Both the position numbers and the translations under genes were made by a program. Source: the human T2T-CHM13v2.0 reference genome, Homo sapiens. Taken from it: a stretch of 64,000 bases of DNA. A model generated the notes under the pieces. The model had not been told where the DNA came from. It ran no database searches and saw only the letters and a list, made by a program, of their open reading frames with translations. Positions 26,716 through 43,992 of the stretch are shown one piece after another (positions within the stretch are counted from its first letter, which is position 1; each line of letters opens with the position of its first letter). The stretch lies in NCBI RefSeq assembly GCF_009914755.1, contig NC_060941.1; one strand, written 5' to 3'.

Positions 26716-26990
26716 TCCGAGGCCATTGCAGAACTCCCATGCAGTTCACTCAATCCTTTTCCAGGGCTCTGGGGTTATCCCTGTCAGAGGCTTCCTGCTT
26801 GCCCGGGTTAGCCCACGAGGCTCTGACACAATCCTCCCTGGATGCCCCTGAGCCGAGCTGTGGGGTGTGTGCAGGTGCTGAATATATGTGCCCCACACCC
26901 AATGCCCAGCTAGCTTCCCGCCACCAGAGGTAGCTTCCCACCCACCCCATCTCACTGCTGTGTGTGTGTCCTGTGCACTTCTCTCCGCAG

Positions 26991-27074
26991 GAGATAGTGG
27001 ACTGGTTCAATGCCCTCCGTGCAGCCCGTCTGCAGTACCTAAAAATGGCCTTTCCTGAACTCCCAGAGTCTGAG
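26991..27074 (+). CDS. ADAP2: ADAP2 coding exon 7 (PH1 C-terminal helix)
   Basis: ccgcag|GAG...GAG|gtgagc; EIVDWFNALRAARLQYLKMAFPELPESE; 84 nt. Confidence 0.97.
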
Positions 27075-27233
27075 GTGAGCTAAATGCGGACCCCAATTTC
27101 TGAATCTCCTCTTGGCCATCTCCTTCTTTCCCTGTCTGTTGACCTCGAAGACACTCAGAAGCCAGACTAGGGCTGGGCGCGGTGGCTCACGCCTGTAATC
27201 CCAGCACTTTGGGAGGCTGAGGCGGGCGGATCA

Positions 27234-27488
<255 letters not shown>

Positions 27489-29213
27489 CTAGTTTTGTTT
27501 GCAGGCAAGACCTCGAGGTTGAGGGCTGGGCTGCTCAGAGGGAAGCCCAAGGCATTCTCCAGGGGAGCCTGCGGGGGTTACAGCCTCACATACGACAAGG
27601 CGGCCTCCCAAAAGCTGGTCAGTGTCTCCCCTTCAGAAGAGTGTCAAGGGGCTCAGCAATTGGTCATCTCTTTCTGAACCCTTCTCCCTCTAAAATGTAC
27701 AAATGATCCCTAACATACTGCTTACAGAGTGCTTTGAGCCCATTTTGTCTTGTGAAATGGCAGCCAGGCAGGGGTGATTATTTCCATTTCACTGATGAGT
27801 TATACAGTCCCAGGAAGGGCAGGTGAATAACCAAAGGTGTGCTTCCCTTTCTAAAATCCCCTCTTTGCCCTGTGATGCTCTGGGCTTGGGAAAGCCTGGG
27901 ATCCTCTCCATTACAGTTGTAACAGGAGCAGGTATGCCCTTCATGGCCAACATCATGGGGAGCCGAGAACTTCATTTTGATTGTCTCCAGACTTCTGGGG
28001 CCTTCATCTCCCTATCTCAGGCTGGGCCAGGGAGACCCGCATGGTGTAGGGCAGAGGATGCTGTCTCGAGCCAGGAAGCCTGGGCTCTCAGGGATGCTCT
28101 ATTGCTCACTTGCTGTGTGACCCCTGCAGGTCCTGGCACCCCTCTGAGCTTCTATTTCCATATGGGTAAGATGGCGGTTAGTCCAGGTCATCTTCAGGGT
28201 CCCTTCCGCCTCTGAGATTCTATGCTCTGGTCCTCTTCAAGAGGCTCCCCTCCAAGAGGATTTTATAAGTGATGGGGCTGGAAAACCATTTTAATGCTGG
28301 GATTTTCTTAATCTCAACCATTAGAGTTTCCTTGAAAGCCTAAATGCTCCTTAATTCCAAGGTTTGTAGGGAGCCAGTTGTCTGGAATAGGGTCCCCTCC
28401 AGGCCCAGGGATGTGCTGAGATGGCAGCTCTCTGGGAGCAATTCCAGCAAGGCCCGAGTCAGAGCCCTTGAGTCAGTCTGCTGAGTTTGCACCCAGAACT
28501 GGTTAATGCTGGCTCCCATGGGCGGGGAGTGGAGACTGCTGACTGCTGACTATGAGGAGGGAGGACAAAGTGCAGATGCTCAGCCTTATTTAATCTGGGC
28601 AAGCTGCCCATCTTTGCTGACATGTGTAAAGGAAATTGCTCTTTGGTCAACATCCTCAATGTTCCCCTGCCTCTCTCATCCACTGTCGGTACCTGATATC
28701 CATCCCGTGTCTTTCCTCCCATTTAATGTCTGTGTATGGTGTGAGGTTCTGAGCAATCACCAGGCCTGGCTCAAGCTTTAGGGGTCCACATGTTGGAAAC
28801 CCAGGGCATCCCAGTGGGGTCTGTGGTCCTGTAATAAATGCATATGGTCTCTTGGACTTCAGAGAAAGTAGGTTTTGTCGCCATGGTGACAGATGAGTGC
28901 ATCGAGGCTCAGAGAGGTGAGGTGACTTGCCTAGGTGATAGTACCTACTTTCTAGGGCTATTGTGAGACTCCAGCGAGCCAAGGCATCAGAAGTACAGGA
29001 AGCAGTGCTCCAGCCATGTGACTTTCCTTTTTTTCCCAATGGTTTCCCTAGGCCTCTGCTTGCTCTGTGCTGGCTCAAATTCCGAATATTGAGCAGTTCG
29101 GGACTCCATCTGTTTTCTCCAAATGGAACAATTAAAGCCTAGTGAATGTATTTTAAGAGAAGGGGAGTAGTACAGTTTATATCTTGTTTCTTACATTAAA
29201 AATTTTTTTTTAA

Positions 29214-29564
<351 letters not shown>

Positions 29565-30013
29565 TAGCCAGGATGGTCTCGATCTCCTGACCTCGTGATC
29601 CACACGCCTCGGCCTCCCAAAGTGCTGGGATTACAGGCGTGAGCCACTGCGCCTGGCCTAATATTTTCATTTTTGGCTCACAAATTTCCCCCTTTTAAAC
29701 TTCCCATAGCTGTTCCCCAGACCTCACTTCCCCTGTGCCTCTGCCCTGGGCCCTGGAGCTCTGGAGAAGCCTCTCTGTTCTTTGAAGCCTGGACTGTCAT
29801 TTGAAGCTCTAGACTTTCCAGGTTGATGCCTAGGAGCATAGGAGGCCATCATCAACCCCTGGAAACATCTCTGGGCGTAGGCTGCCAGGCTGGAAGGGAT
29901 GCTGGGGATCACATGATCCAGGCTGTTTATCACACAGGGGAGACATAAGGCCTCGAGAGACAGAAGGTCTTAACAAAGGTAATGCAGCTGATGGAGGCCA
30001 GAACTGGAATTAG

Positions 30014-30292
<279 letters not shown>

Positions 30293-30991
30293 TAGTCTCA
30301 AACTCCTGGCCTCAAGTGATCTGCCTGCCTTGACCTCCCAAAGTGCTGGGATTACAGGTGTGAGCCACTGCACCCAGCCTCTGGCCATTATTTTCTTGTT
30401 GCTTGGTGTCAGAATCCTGACCAGGCCTTTCCCAAGGTCCTGCTCAGAGGGCCCTGGCATATTTATACTTTAGCACCTAGTGTAGTGGTAGGAGTACAGT
30501 CTAGTGTCATTGGCCCTGGGCCTGAATCTCAGCTCTTTGTGCTACCAGTGATGTGACTTTGGGAAAATCCCCAGCCCCTTCTCTGTGGCCTGGTTTCTTC
30601 AGATGTGTAATGAGGCTGGTGATACCCACCTCGCAGGGTGATTGAGAATTGCACCTGGAGCCTGATGCAAAGTGGACCCTCAGAACATGTTGCCTGACAC
30701 CAAGAGGGTCTCTGCAGAGCCTTGCCTATGTCCACACCCTGGGGTTACTGAAGGAATCCTTAAACCAAAACTCGGCCGTGCCACTAAGCTCTGCAAACAT
30801 CTGGGGTGCTGTCGACTGGCTTTGTTGAAATATTAATATTATGACCATTGCACTTTCCAAATATAATACTGTGAGCCATGAGCGTACATCCTTCCCCATT
30901 TCAAACTTCCCCTTTGTCGGGAGCCAAGCTCGGCGGGAACCTGGAGCCTTGGGGTGTGAGTTGGGGGTCAGTGTCTGTCTCTCTTCCCCAG

Positions 30992-31054
30992 CTCGTGCCA
31001 TTCCTCACCAGGAACTACCTCAAACAAGGCTTCATGGAAAAGACTGGGCCAAAG
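30992..31054 (+). CDS. ADAP2: ADAP2 coding exon 8 (start of PH2)
   Basis: ccccag|CTC...AAG|gtacct; LVPFLTRNYLKQGFMEKTGPK; 63 nt. Confidence 0.96.
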
Positions 31055-31158
31055 GTACCTTCTATCACTCCCTGGGGAACTTAATATGGTTTAATGTATA
31101 TAGAAGGTTTCATGTGTTTATGGGATGATTGTTAAGAGGACAGTGAAAGGTGTTAGGC

Positions 31159-31692
<534 letters not shown>

Positions 31693-32181
31693 TGTTAGGC
31701 AATCATGAAAGCAAGCCTTGGGCAGGTGGAAAAAGCAGTCAAAGGGTTGTTTTCAGAGAGGCGCAGCCCCTCCGCCTGGTTCTTGTTGCTGGGCTTTCTC
31801 TCCCTGACCTAGGTTAGAATTTGGCCAAGGCCAGCACTTTCAGCCTTGCCAAGCAGTAGCCACTTCTGATTTTTTCCAACTTCCTTTCCGGCTTCTTTGT
31901 CTACAGCCTGAAAAAGAGGAAGGTGCCTCTTCCAAGTTGAGGCAGCAGGGTGAAGCTGGCAAAGGGTATGGTGGGGTTGGAAGGGGAATGGGCAGAACCT
32001 TCAGAGCCTGAGGGCTCCTATCCAGGCCCCAGGGAGAAGCACTAGGATGTCTGACTGAGGAGGCTGGGCTGGAGAACCAGTGGGACTGGCCAGCTCCTTT
32101 GGTTTGGGCTGGGCTGGCCCCTGACCTCTATCCTCAGAAACTGACCTGGTCATCTGTGGTAAGAAGTTCCCTCTTTTGCAG

Positions 32182-32259
32182 CAGAAAGAACCTTTCAAGA
32201 AAAGGTGGTTCGCCCTGGATTGCCATGAGCGGAGGCTGCTCTATTACAAGAACCCACTG
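32182..32259 (+). CDS. ADAP2: ADAP2 coding exon 9 (PH2; NAGNAG acceptor)
   Basis: ttgcag|CAG AAA...CTG|gtaaga; QKEPFKKRWFALDCHERRLLYYKNPL; 78 nt. Confidence 0.96.
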
Positions 32260-32998
32260 GTAAGAGCCACTCCTGCTCCCTCCCCAGGGCTTCCTCAAAC
32301 ATTGCTGGGTGGTGCTTGTCTGGAACTATGTGAAAGCTACAGATAAACACATCTCCCAGAGCCCCAGAGCTAGAGAAACCTTGAGAGGAAAACCTCTACC
32401 CCTTGTTTTTGTTTCTCTTGAGTAATCTCCTATGGCATGAAGCTTCTCCTCGCTTTCAGGAAGTCTATTATGAGTATCCAAAATGCTGCCCATGGTAGTT
32501 AAATATGGTGTATCTCTTCCTCTAGTCTCCAGGGCTCACTTCTAACCAAGAGGCCGTGATGTGTAGTAGTTAGGAGTGTGGTGGACTCTAGAACCCCACC
32601 GTCTGGGCTCTGGTCTCAGCCCTGCCACTTGTAGTAGTGTTGCCTTGAGCCGTGTACTTAGTGCTCTGTGCCTCGGTTTCCTCCTCTGAAAAACAGGCTT
32701 AATAAGAATGCCTTCCCCAGAGGTTGCCATGATGGTTATTTAAGTTACTATATATAAAGCATTGTAATTCCTGATGCTGATTTTAATAAGTGCTCCGTAA
32801 ATGTTAGGTATCACTTATTTTTTTTTTTTTAGAGACAGAGTCTCTCTCTGTCACCCAGGCTGGAATGCAGTGGCACAATCACAGCTCATTGCAACCTTGA
32901 ACTTCTGGGCCCAAGTTATCTTCCTGCCTCAGCCTCCTAAGTAGCTCAGAATACAGGCATGCATCACCATGCCCAGCTAATTAAAAAAAAAAAATTTA

Positions 32999-33145
<147 letters not shown>

Positions 33146-33944
33146 TCACATCTGTAAACCCAGCATTTTGGAAGGCTGAGGCGGGGCAGATCACGAGCTC
33201 AGGAGTTCGAGACTAGCCTAACCAACATGGTGAAACCCTGTCTCTACTAAAAATACAAAAATTAGCCGGACGTGGTGGTGCGTGCCTGTAAGCCCAGCTA
33301 CTCAGGAGGCTGAGGCAGGAGAATCGCTTGAAACCGGGAGGCAGAGGGTGCAGAGGGTGCATGCCATTGCACTCCAGCCTGGGTGCAGAGTGAGACTCCG
33401 TCTCAAAAAAAAAAAAAGAAAGAAAAAAAAAGAAACTTAAAAATTAGTCAGGTGTGGTGGTGCATGCCTGTAGTCCTAGCTGCTTGGGAGGCTGAGGTGG
33501 GAGGATTGCCTGAGCCTGGGAGGTTGAGGCTGGGATGAGCCATGATTGTGCCACTGCACTTCCAGCCTGGGTGACAGAGTGAGGCCCTGTCTCCAAAAAC
33601 AATTCATAATAATAATTAATAATTTTTTTTTGTAGAGAAGGGGTCTCACTATGTTGTCCCGGTTGGTCTCATATTCCTGGCCTCAGGCAATCCTCTGCCT
33701 TGGCTTCCCAAAGTGCTAGGATTACAGGCATGAACTACCAGGCCCACCCTCGGTATCTTTTCAATAGATGATGTGTATGATTTATTTTAGGGTTTTGATC
33801 TTTCAAATTCTGGGTCCCACTTAGCAGAAATCCCAGCAGGGACCTCATACCCCTTTCCCAAAATAAAGCTTGGAGGCTGTCAGGGCTGCAGGGCCCCTCT
33901 GCCCTGGGGGCACCCTCTGATGACCCTGTACTCTCCATTTTCAG

Positions 33945-34173
33945 GATGCCTTCGAGCAGGGCCAGGTTTTTCTTGGGAACAAGGAGCAGGGATATGAAGC
34001 CTACGAAGACCTGCCCAAGGGCATCCGAGGAAATCGCTGGAAAGCCGGACTCACCATTGTCACCCCAGAGCGGAGATTTGTCCTCACTTGCCCCAGTGAG
34101 AAGGAACAGCAGGAATGGCTGGAAAGTTTGCGGGGTGTCCTGTCCAGCCCCTTGACGCCCCTCAACCGGCTTA
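33945..34173 (+). CDS. ADAP2: ADAP2 coding exon 10 (PH2)
   Basis: tttcag|GAT...CTT A|gtaaga; DAFEQGQVFLGNKEQGYEAYEDLPKGIRGNRWKAGLTIVTPERRFVLTCPSEKEQQEWLESLRGVLSSPLTPLNRL; 229 nt. Confidence 0.97.
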
Positions 34174-34997
34174 GTAAGAAGCAGGAACTGAGGGGTGTTC
34201 TTTTGGACAAGGGCAGAGGACAGAAAATTGCTTCTTCACTTAGGTTCAGCTTTGATACCACAAAAGATTCCTGATTCCTGACTATGCTCTTTTCATTGTC
34301 TTCTCTTCCTGCAAAAGAAAAGCACAGACATGCCATTATTGCCAAAAGGTCTCCTCTGTCCACTCTGGGTTCCCCTAACTGAGCCCTTCCCCAGGAGCTT
34401 TTAGAGGAGTTTGGCCCTGGCAGAACCCCTGGGTGCTGTCTGTACCCCTTGCGGTGTGGGGGCTAAGCAGCTTCTCTTTCCCTCCACCGTGCTCTATGCT
34501 GATCCTTTTTCTCGTGAGAAAACGCTGGCCTGTTATTATTAGCTAAGGTCACACCCGCTGGGCAGCTCCTGGGATTTTTGGATTCCTCCCCACTCCAGAG
34601 GGAAGGCTATTTCTAGTGGCTTCTTTTCTTTGAGTCCTCCCTTCTGTCTGCCTCTCTCCTGTTCCTCCTCTTTACCAGTAGGGCTTCCTCAATGCTGACA
34701 GCCCTGTGAAAAAAGGGGAGACATGCCGAGCTCCGGCAGGAAACTGCTGGCCCAGGACCTGGCTTCTGGGGCACAAAGGAGAATTTCTGTGTTTGGAAAA
34801 GTACAGACTGAGCAGGTGACCCCCGCACAGCCCCTTGGGGGAAACACTTGTGCCCTTTGAGTCTGACTGATATAAACACAGACTCTCTTGACTGTCCCAT
34901 AAAGGCCAAAGCCAGAGAACCTCAGAAAGGGACTTGCAAATTGTGAGTGAGGCATATCAGCTGGTGCTTTCTTTTCTCTGTGGGCTGCCATTTATGA

Positions 34998-35573
<576 letters not shown>

Positions 35574-36872
35574 CCCATTAACTGAGGAACTGGCTGCCAC
35601 TGAACACCTGGAACTCCTTGTGGGAAGAAGTTTGCACCTCGGCCCTGGCTGCCCACCATCAGTGCCCCGCAGTCAGCAGCCATTCCTGGCAGTGAACTCT
35701 GCCAGGACTGAAGCTGTGGCTTTATCCATCAGCTCCCTGGGCCTTCCCCGCAACCCACCTCGGGGATCTGAGGATCTGGTGCATAGATGAACATCTATCC
35801 CCTCCTCCCCCATACACACCTAGGCTTGAAATGCCCTACAGGCCCAGAACTTTCTCACATCTGAAATGGAGGCATTGCAATGAAAAGGCACCCACAGCAT
35901 CATGCAAGTGGCATCTTGTAAAAAAAAAAAAAAAGTTTAATCTGAATCTAACCATGAGGAAATAATCAGACAAATCCACATTAGGGGCATTCTGCTAAAC
36001 ATCTGACCCAGACTCTTCAAAAATGAAGAGTGAAAGATAAAGTAGTCAATGGCCGGGCGCAGTGAGATTGCGCCATTGCATTCCAGCCTGGGTGACAGAG
36101 CGAGACTCCGTATCAGAAAGAAAAAGAGGAACTGAATGAAATCTCAGATGGCTGAAATGTTAGAGAAACAGAGCACCAAGTCCCCTGCTCTGTGACTCGT
36201 TGTTCCTTTCCTCTGTCTTCAAGCACCACGCAGAAATACACTGGATGTTCTCTCTTTGCTTCAATGGAGACCCAAGGAGCTGGGAGGTCTCTTAAGAGAC
36301 TCTCTGATTCTCCGTGGCTGGGTGTGATGGCTCATGCCCATAATCCCAGCCCTTTGGGAAGCTGAGGCAGGAGGATTGAGACCAGGAGTTCGAGAAGAGC
36401 CTGGGCAACATAGTGAGACCCCATCTCTACAAAGAAAAAAAAATTAGCTGGACATGGTAATGAATGCCTGTAGTCCCAGCTACTCCGGACACTGATGTGA
36501 GAGGATCACTTGAGCCAGGGAGGTCATGGCTACAGTGACCCCTCATTGCACCACTTTACTTAGCCTGGGTGACAGAGTGAGACCCTATCTCAAAAAAAAA
36601 AAAAATCTATGCATTGTATGGGACTTTCCTTTGGATCCCCCAATCAAAGGATAAGCAATGCGTAAGCCTGTGTCCTTCCTGAAGCTTCTCGACTGCCCAG
36701 ATAGGGAGGTGAGTCCTCTCTATCTCCTCTGGCTCTGGAAGCACCTTGAAAATGTGCATTTTCAAGGACACTTGCTGGGTTGTGCATTAAGGGCCAGTTT
36801 ACTTGTCTGCCTCTTTGACCACCTGTGAACTCTGTTGGGTGTACTCTGCTAAGTTCTGGGGATGAGGAAATT

Positions 36873-36878
36873 AATAAA
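36873..36878 (+). terminator. ADAP2: Candidate proximal polyadenylation signal AATAAA
   Basis: Canonical hexamer in the last exon. Confidence 0.45.
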
Positions 36879-37082
36879 GGTACAGTCTTGCCTTCAAGGA
36901 ACTTATGGTCTAGAGGAGAAGAACGAGAAGTATAGATAGGCAGTAACAAAGCTACTTGAAGAGGCCAACTGGGATTCTAAGGGTGGGAAAGAACAGACAC
37001 AAGAGATAAAGTCCTAATGAAATGGAGTGCTTGGTTTTGGATGATTCCTTCCTCAAGGAAGAGTATGCTTCTATACTCTTAT

Positions 37083-37088
37083 ATTAAA
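37083..37088 (+). terminator. ADAP2: Candidate distal polyadenylation signal ATTAAA
   Basis: ATTAAA followed by U- and GU-rich sequence (ccctttttccctttttggcttgttagtg). Confidence 0.55.
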
Positions 37089-37267
37089 TCCCTTTTTCCC
37101 TTTTTGGCTTGTTAGTGCAAGGAAGTTTCTATTACTTGAATCAGTCCTGACAGATAAAGTTCTCTAAAAGAGATGATACCTATGCTGAATCCTGAAGAAA
37201 GAGTAGAAGATAGTTGGGTTGGGGTGGGAGGAGGCAGAGAAAGAAGCATGTGTAAAGGCTCAGAGAT

Positions 37268-37560
37268 ATCAGGTGTGCACGTGCCTGTAGTCCTAGCTAC
37301 TGGGGAGGGTGAGGTGGGAAGATCATTTGAGCCCAGGAGTTCTGGGCTTTAGTGCACAATGCTAATTGGGTGTCCACACTAAATTTGGCATCAACATGGT
37401 GACCTCCCAGGAGTGAGGAATCACCAGTTTGCCTAAGGAGGGGTGAACTGGCCCAGATCAGAAATGAAGCACTTCCGTGCTGGTCAGTAGAGGGATCATG
37501 CCTGTGAACAGCCATTGCACTGCAGCCTGGGCGACAAGAGGGAAACTCCGTCTAAAAAAA
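37268..37560 (+). pseudogene. 7SL (SRP RNA) processed pseudogene
   Basis: Alu-domain 5' part followed by the 7SL-specific S domain (ggcatcaacatggtgacctccc...gcctaaggaggggtgaactggcccag...gtgctggtcagtag) and an A tail; many substitutions and a short internal deletion. Confidence 0.9.
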
Positions 37561-37989
37561 GAAAATAGCTAGGCATGGGCACTGTAATGCATGCCTGTAG
37601 TCCCAGCTACTCAGGAGGCAGAGGTGGGAGGCTTGCTTGGGCCTGGGGGGTTATGCACTCCAGCCTGGGTGACAGAGTGAGACTCCGTCTCCAAAAAAAA
37701 AAAAAAGAAAAAGAAAAGAAAATTTGAATCACACTTCACTTGTATTAGCGTTCTCCAGAGAAACAGAACCAATGATATACATATATATATATATGGCTAT
37801 AGAAAGAAATTTATTGGCCGGGCACGGTGGCTCACGCCTATAATCCTAGCACTTTGGGAGGCCGAGGCAGGCAGATCATGAGGTCAGGAGATCAAGACCA
37901 TCCTGGCCAACATGGTGAAACCCCGTCTCTACTAAAAATACAAAAATTAGCTGACTGTGGTGGCACGTGCCTGTAGTCCCAGCTACTCA

Positions 37990-38163
<174 letters not shown>

Positions 38164-38356
38164 TCAAGGCTGAACTCCCACTTAAGCCTGAGATTTCAAG
38201 ACTGCAGTGAGCTATGGTCTCACCACTGCACTCCAGCCTGGGTGACAGAGTGAGACTCTGCTTCAGCAAAGAACAGTTATGTCACACCCCAAAACTCCCT
38301 TGTAGCCACACCCTTCCCCTGCCCCGTGGCAACCATTGATCCGTTCATCATTATAG

Positions 38357-38648
<292 letters not shown>

Positions 38649-38961
38649 TAGCCAGGAGGGTCTCGATCTCCCAACCTCGTGATCCACCTGCCTCGGCCTC
38701 CCAAAGTGCTGGGATTACAGGCATGAGCCACCACGCCAGGCCTGTAATTTTTAAAGACTGGATTCTTTCACAGCACATGATACCTTTGAGATTCATCAAA
38801 GTCACTGCATGTGTCAATATGTCTTTCCTTATTGCTAAGAAGTATTCCACTATATGGCTATACCATACCTTGTTTATCCAGTGGAATGCTGCTTAGCAAT
38901 AAAAAGGAACAAATTATTCATACATACAACAGTCCCCAGGTATGGGGCTTCTGGTTCATAC

Positions 38962-40520
<1,559 letters not shown>

Positions 40521-41139
40521 CATTTGGTTAGATATATGCTTAATTTTATAACAAACTTTCCCGGTGGCTGTACTACTTGACATTTCACTAGTGATGTATG
40601 AGAGTTCCAGTTACTCTATCACCAACAGTTGGTGTTGTCAGTATTTTTTATTTTAACTGTTCTGATAGGTATGGAGTGGTATTTTATTATGGTTCTAATA
40701 CGCATTTCCCTAGCGGTTGACAATGTCGAAGTCCTATTATGTACTTATTGGCCAATCTTATATCTTCTTTGATGAAGTGACCATTTGATTCCCTAGCTTT
40801 TTTTTTTTTTTTTTTTTTTGAGATCTGGTCTTGCTATGTTGCCCAGGTTGGAGCACAGTGGCTATTCACAGATATGACCATGGCATACTACATCCACAGA
40901 CCCCTCACCTCAAGAGATCCTTCTGCCTCAGCCTCCTGAGTAGCTGGAACTACAGGCATGTGACACAGTGCCCTGCTTGCCTTTTTAAAATATTGGGTGG
41001 TTTGGGCTGGGCACAGTGGCTCACACCTGTAATCCCAGCACTTTGGGAGGCTGAGGTGGGCAGATCACGACGTCAGGAGATCGAGACCATCCTGGCTAAC
41101 ACGGTGAAACCCTGTCTCTACTAAAAATACAACAAATTA

Positions 41140-41415
<276 letters not shown>

Positions 41416-41872
41416 TCAGTGAAGGCTTCTTTAATCAAGGTATTAAGGTTAGGGTTCATGACTTTCTTCGTTTTTTGCTGACTTTTGTTGCTGACAAAGT
41501 TTGGCATTAATAATGGGGTGAGAAAAAAATGGGGTGAGGCCAGATGTGATGGCTCATGTCTATAATCCCAGCACTTTGGAGGCCAAGAAGGGAGGATCAC
41601 TTGAGGCCAGGAGTTTGAGACCAGCCTGGACAGCATAGCGTTCAAGATCTTCTCTACCAAAAAAGTTTTTAAGCAGTGTTTTGGCTTATGTTTGGGCATT
41701 TGAATCATTTATTATGAAGTGGAGTGGAAGTAAGAATAATGGAAATTTAATGATCTCTTCCGTCCCTTGACAAAAAGTGCTTTGTCCCTGAAAGAATTTA
41801 GCAAAAACAGGCTGGGCTCGGTGGCTCACGCCTGTAATCCTAGCACTTTGGGAGGCTGAGGCAGGCGGATCA

Positions 41873-42091
<219 letters not shown>

Positions 42092-43308
42092 TCAAAAAAA
42101 AAAAAAAAAAAAAAAAAGAATTTAGTAAAAACAAAGAAAAGAAACTGATAGGACATGTTAGGCCGAGCGTGGTGGTTCATGCCTGTAATCCCAGCACTTT
42201 GGAAGGCTGAGGCATGAGAACCGCCTAAACCCAAGAGGCGGAGTTTGCAGTGAGGCAAGATTGCGCCAGTGCACTCCAGCCTGGGCAACAGAGGGAGACT
42301 CTGTCTCAAAACAAACAAACAAAAACATGTTAATGGCAGTGTGCCTTATTTCATCCAGCACACAAACTCAAGCACCTCATCATTTCTTATCTTTTTTTTT
42401 TTTTTTTAGATGGAGTCTTGCTCTGTTGCCCAGGCTCGAGTACAGTGGTGCAATCTCGGCTCACTGCAACCTCCACCTCCTAGGTTCAAGCCATTCTCCT
42501 CCTCAGCCTCCCAAGTAGCTGGGATTACAGGTGTGTGCCACCGCACCGGGCTAATTTTTGTATTTTTAGTAGAGATGAGGTTTCACCATGTTGGCCAGGC
42601 TGGTCTTGAACTCCTGGCCTCAGGTGATCCGTCCTCCTCGGCCTCTCAAAATGCTGGGATTACAAGCATGAGGCATTGCTCCTGGCTCTGATTTTTTAAA
42701 TCTAATTTAGCATTAGAACCTAGTGTCACAGGGATGGGTGTTAACACATGTACTTGAATAGAAAAATTTCAGGGCTGGACGTGGTGACTCATGCTGTAAT
42801 CCCAGCACTTTGGGAGGCTGAGATGGGAGAATTGCTTGAGTCTGAGAGTTTGAGATCAGCCTGGGCAACACGGTAAAACCTGGCCTCTATAAAAAATACA
42901 ATAACAGGGCATGGTGGCATGTGCTTGTAGTCCCAGCTATTTGTGGGACTGAAGCGATGGCTTGAGCCTGGGAGCTCCAGGCTGCAGTGAGCAGAGATCA
43001 CACCACTGCATTCCAGCCTGGGCAACAAAGACCCTGTCTCAAAAAACAAAACAAACAAACAAAAAAACCCAAAAATGTATATATATATGTATACATATAT
43101 GTATGTGTGTATATATATTTCAAATACATAACATAAAAGCACCTTTCCAAAAAATATTAGATTGACAATGGTGTATTAAAATAAACAATATTCTAATTTT
43201 CCCAGTCCTTTCTGAGTATATCAGTAAACAAGCTGTCTCTAAGTTAAAGTGTAATTGCTTTTAATTGATAGTCATTTGCTAAACCTTGGCAAAGTCTTTT
43301 TGGCATAC

Positions 43309-43992
43309 TGTAATCACCCAACGGGTTCTTCCTGCCCACTGCACAGGCAAAACAGTAAAGAAAGAGTTTAATTAACATTAAGGTGAGGTTGGCCATGTGG
43401 GAGAAGTGGAATTATCAGTCAAATCAGTCTCCCCAAAGGCTGGAGGTTATGGTTTTTCAGTTTGGTGGGCAGGGGACTAGGGGATGGATGCTGCTGATTG
43501 GTTGGGGATGCAGTCATTACGGGTGTGGAAAATCGTCCTCATGAACTGAGTCCACCTCTGGTTGAGGCCACATGGCCAACTGAGTCACAAGTCACCAGTC
43601 CTGGTGGCGTAAGTCTGGAAAACATCTCCACCAATCTTAGATTCTACAATAGTGATGTTATCTATAGGAGCAATTGAAGAAGCCACAAATCTTGTGACTT
43701 CTGGCTACATAACTCCTGAAGGTAAGGGATTATAGAAATTGTGTCAACATCTCAGCAGAATTCAGGCCCCTCCCATAAACTTAATTTTGTGGCCTTTCAA
43801 TGGTTTTACAAAGGTGGTTTCAGCCCCCTGAATAAGGAAAGGATTAGTTTTAGGGAGGGACTATTATCATCCTGGCTTCTAATTTAAACTATAAACTAAA
43901 TTCCTTCCACGGTTAGCTTGGCCTACCCCAGGAATGAGCGAAGACAGCCAGCCTGTGAGGCTAGCAGCAAGATGGAGTCAGCCACGTTACAA
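43309..43992 (-). mobile_element. ERV1 LTR (LTR8/LTR26-like), partial
   Basis: tgtaatcacccaacgggttcttcctgcccactgc...caaatcagtctcccc...gcaagatggagtcagcc resembles the reverse-strand LTR8/LTR26 group; AP-1 site TGAGTCA at 43581-43587. Confidence 0.6.

Larger units (their letters stand above)
35574..37110 (+). other. ADAP2: ADAP2 3' UTR (end approximate); contains two sense Alu pieces and an old L1 fragment
   Basis: Follows the stop codon; candidate poly(A) signals AATAAA 36873-36878 and ATTAAA 37083-37088. Confidence 0.65.

Noticed and set aside
35919-35933. A-run in the ADAP2 3' UTR as a possible transcript end
   Set aside because: Genomically encoded A tract in an old L1 fragment with no canonical upstream signal; likely to cause oligo-dT internal priming artefacts.
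37268-37560. Functional 7SL RNA gene
   Set aside because: Degenerate 5' end, CpG decay, internal deletion in the S domain and an A tail mark it as a retrocopy.
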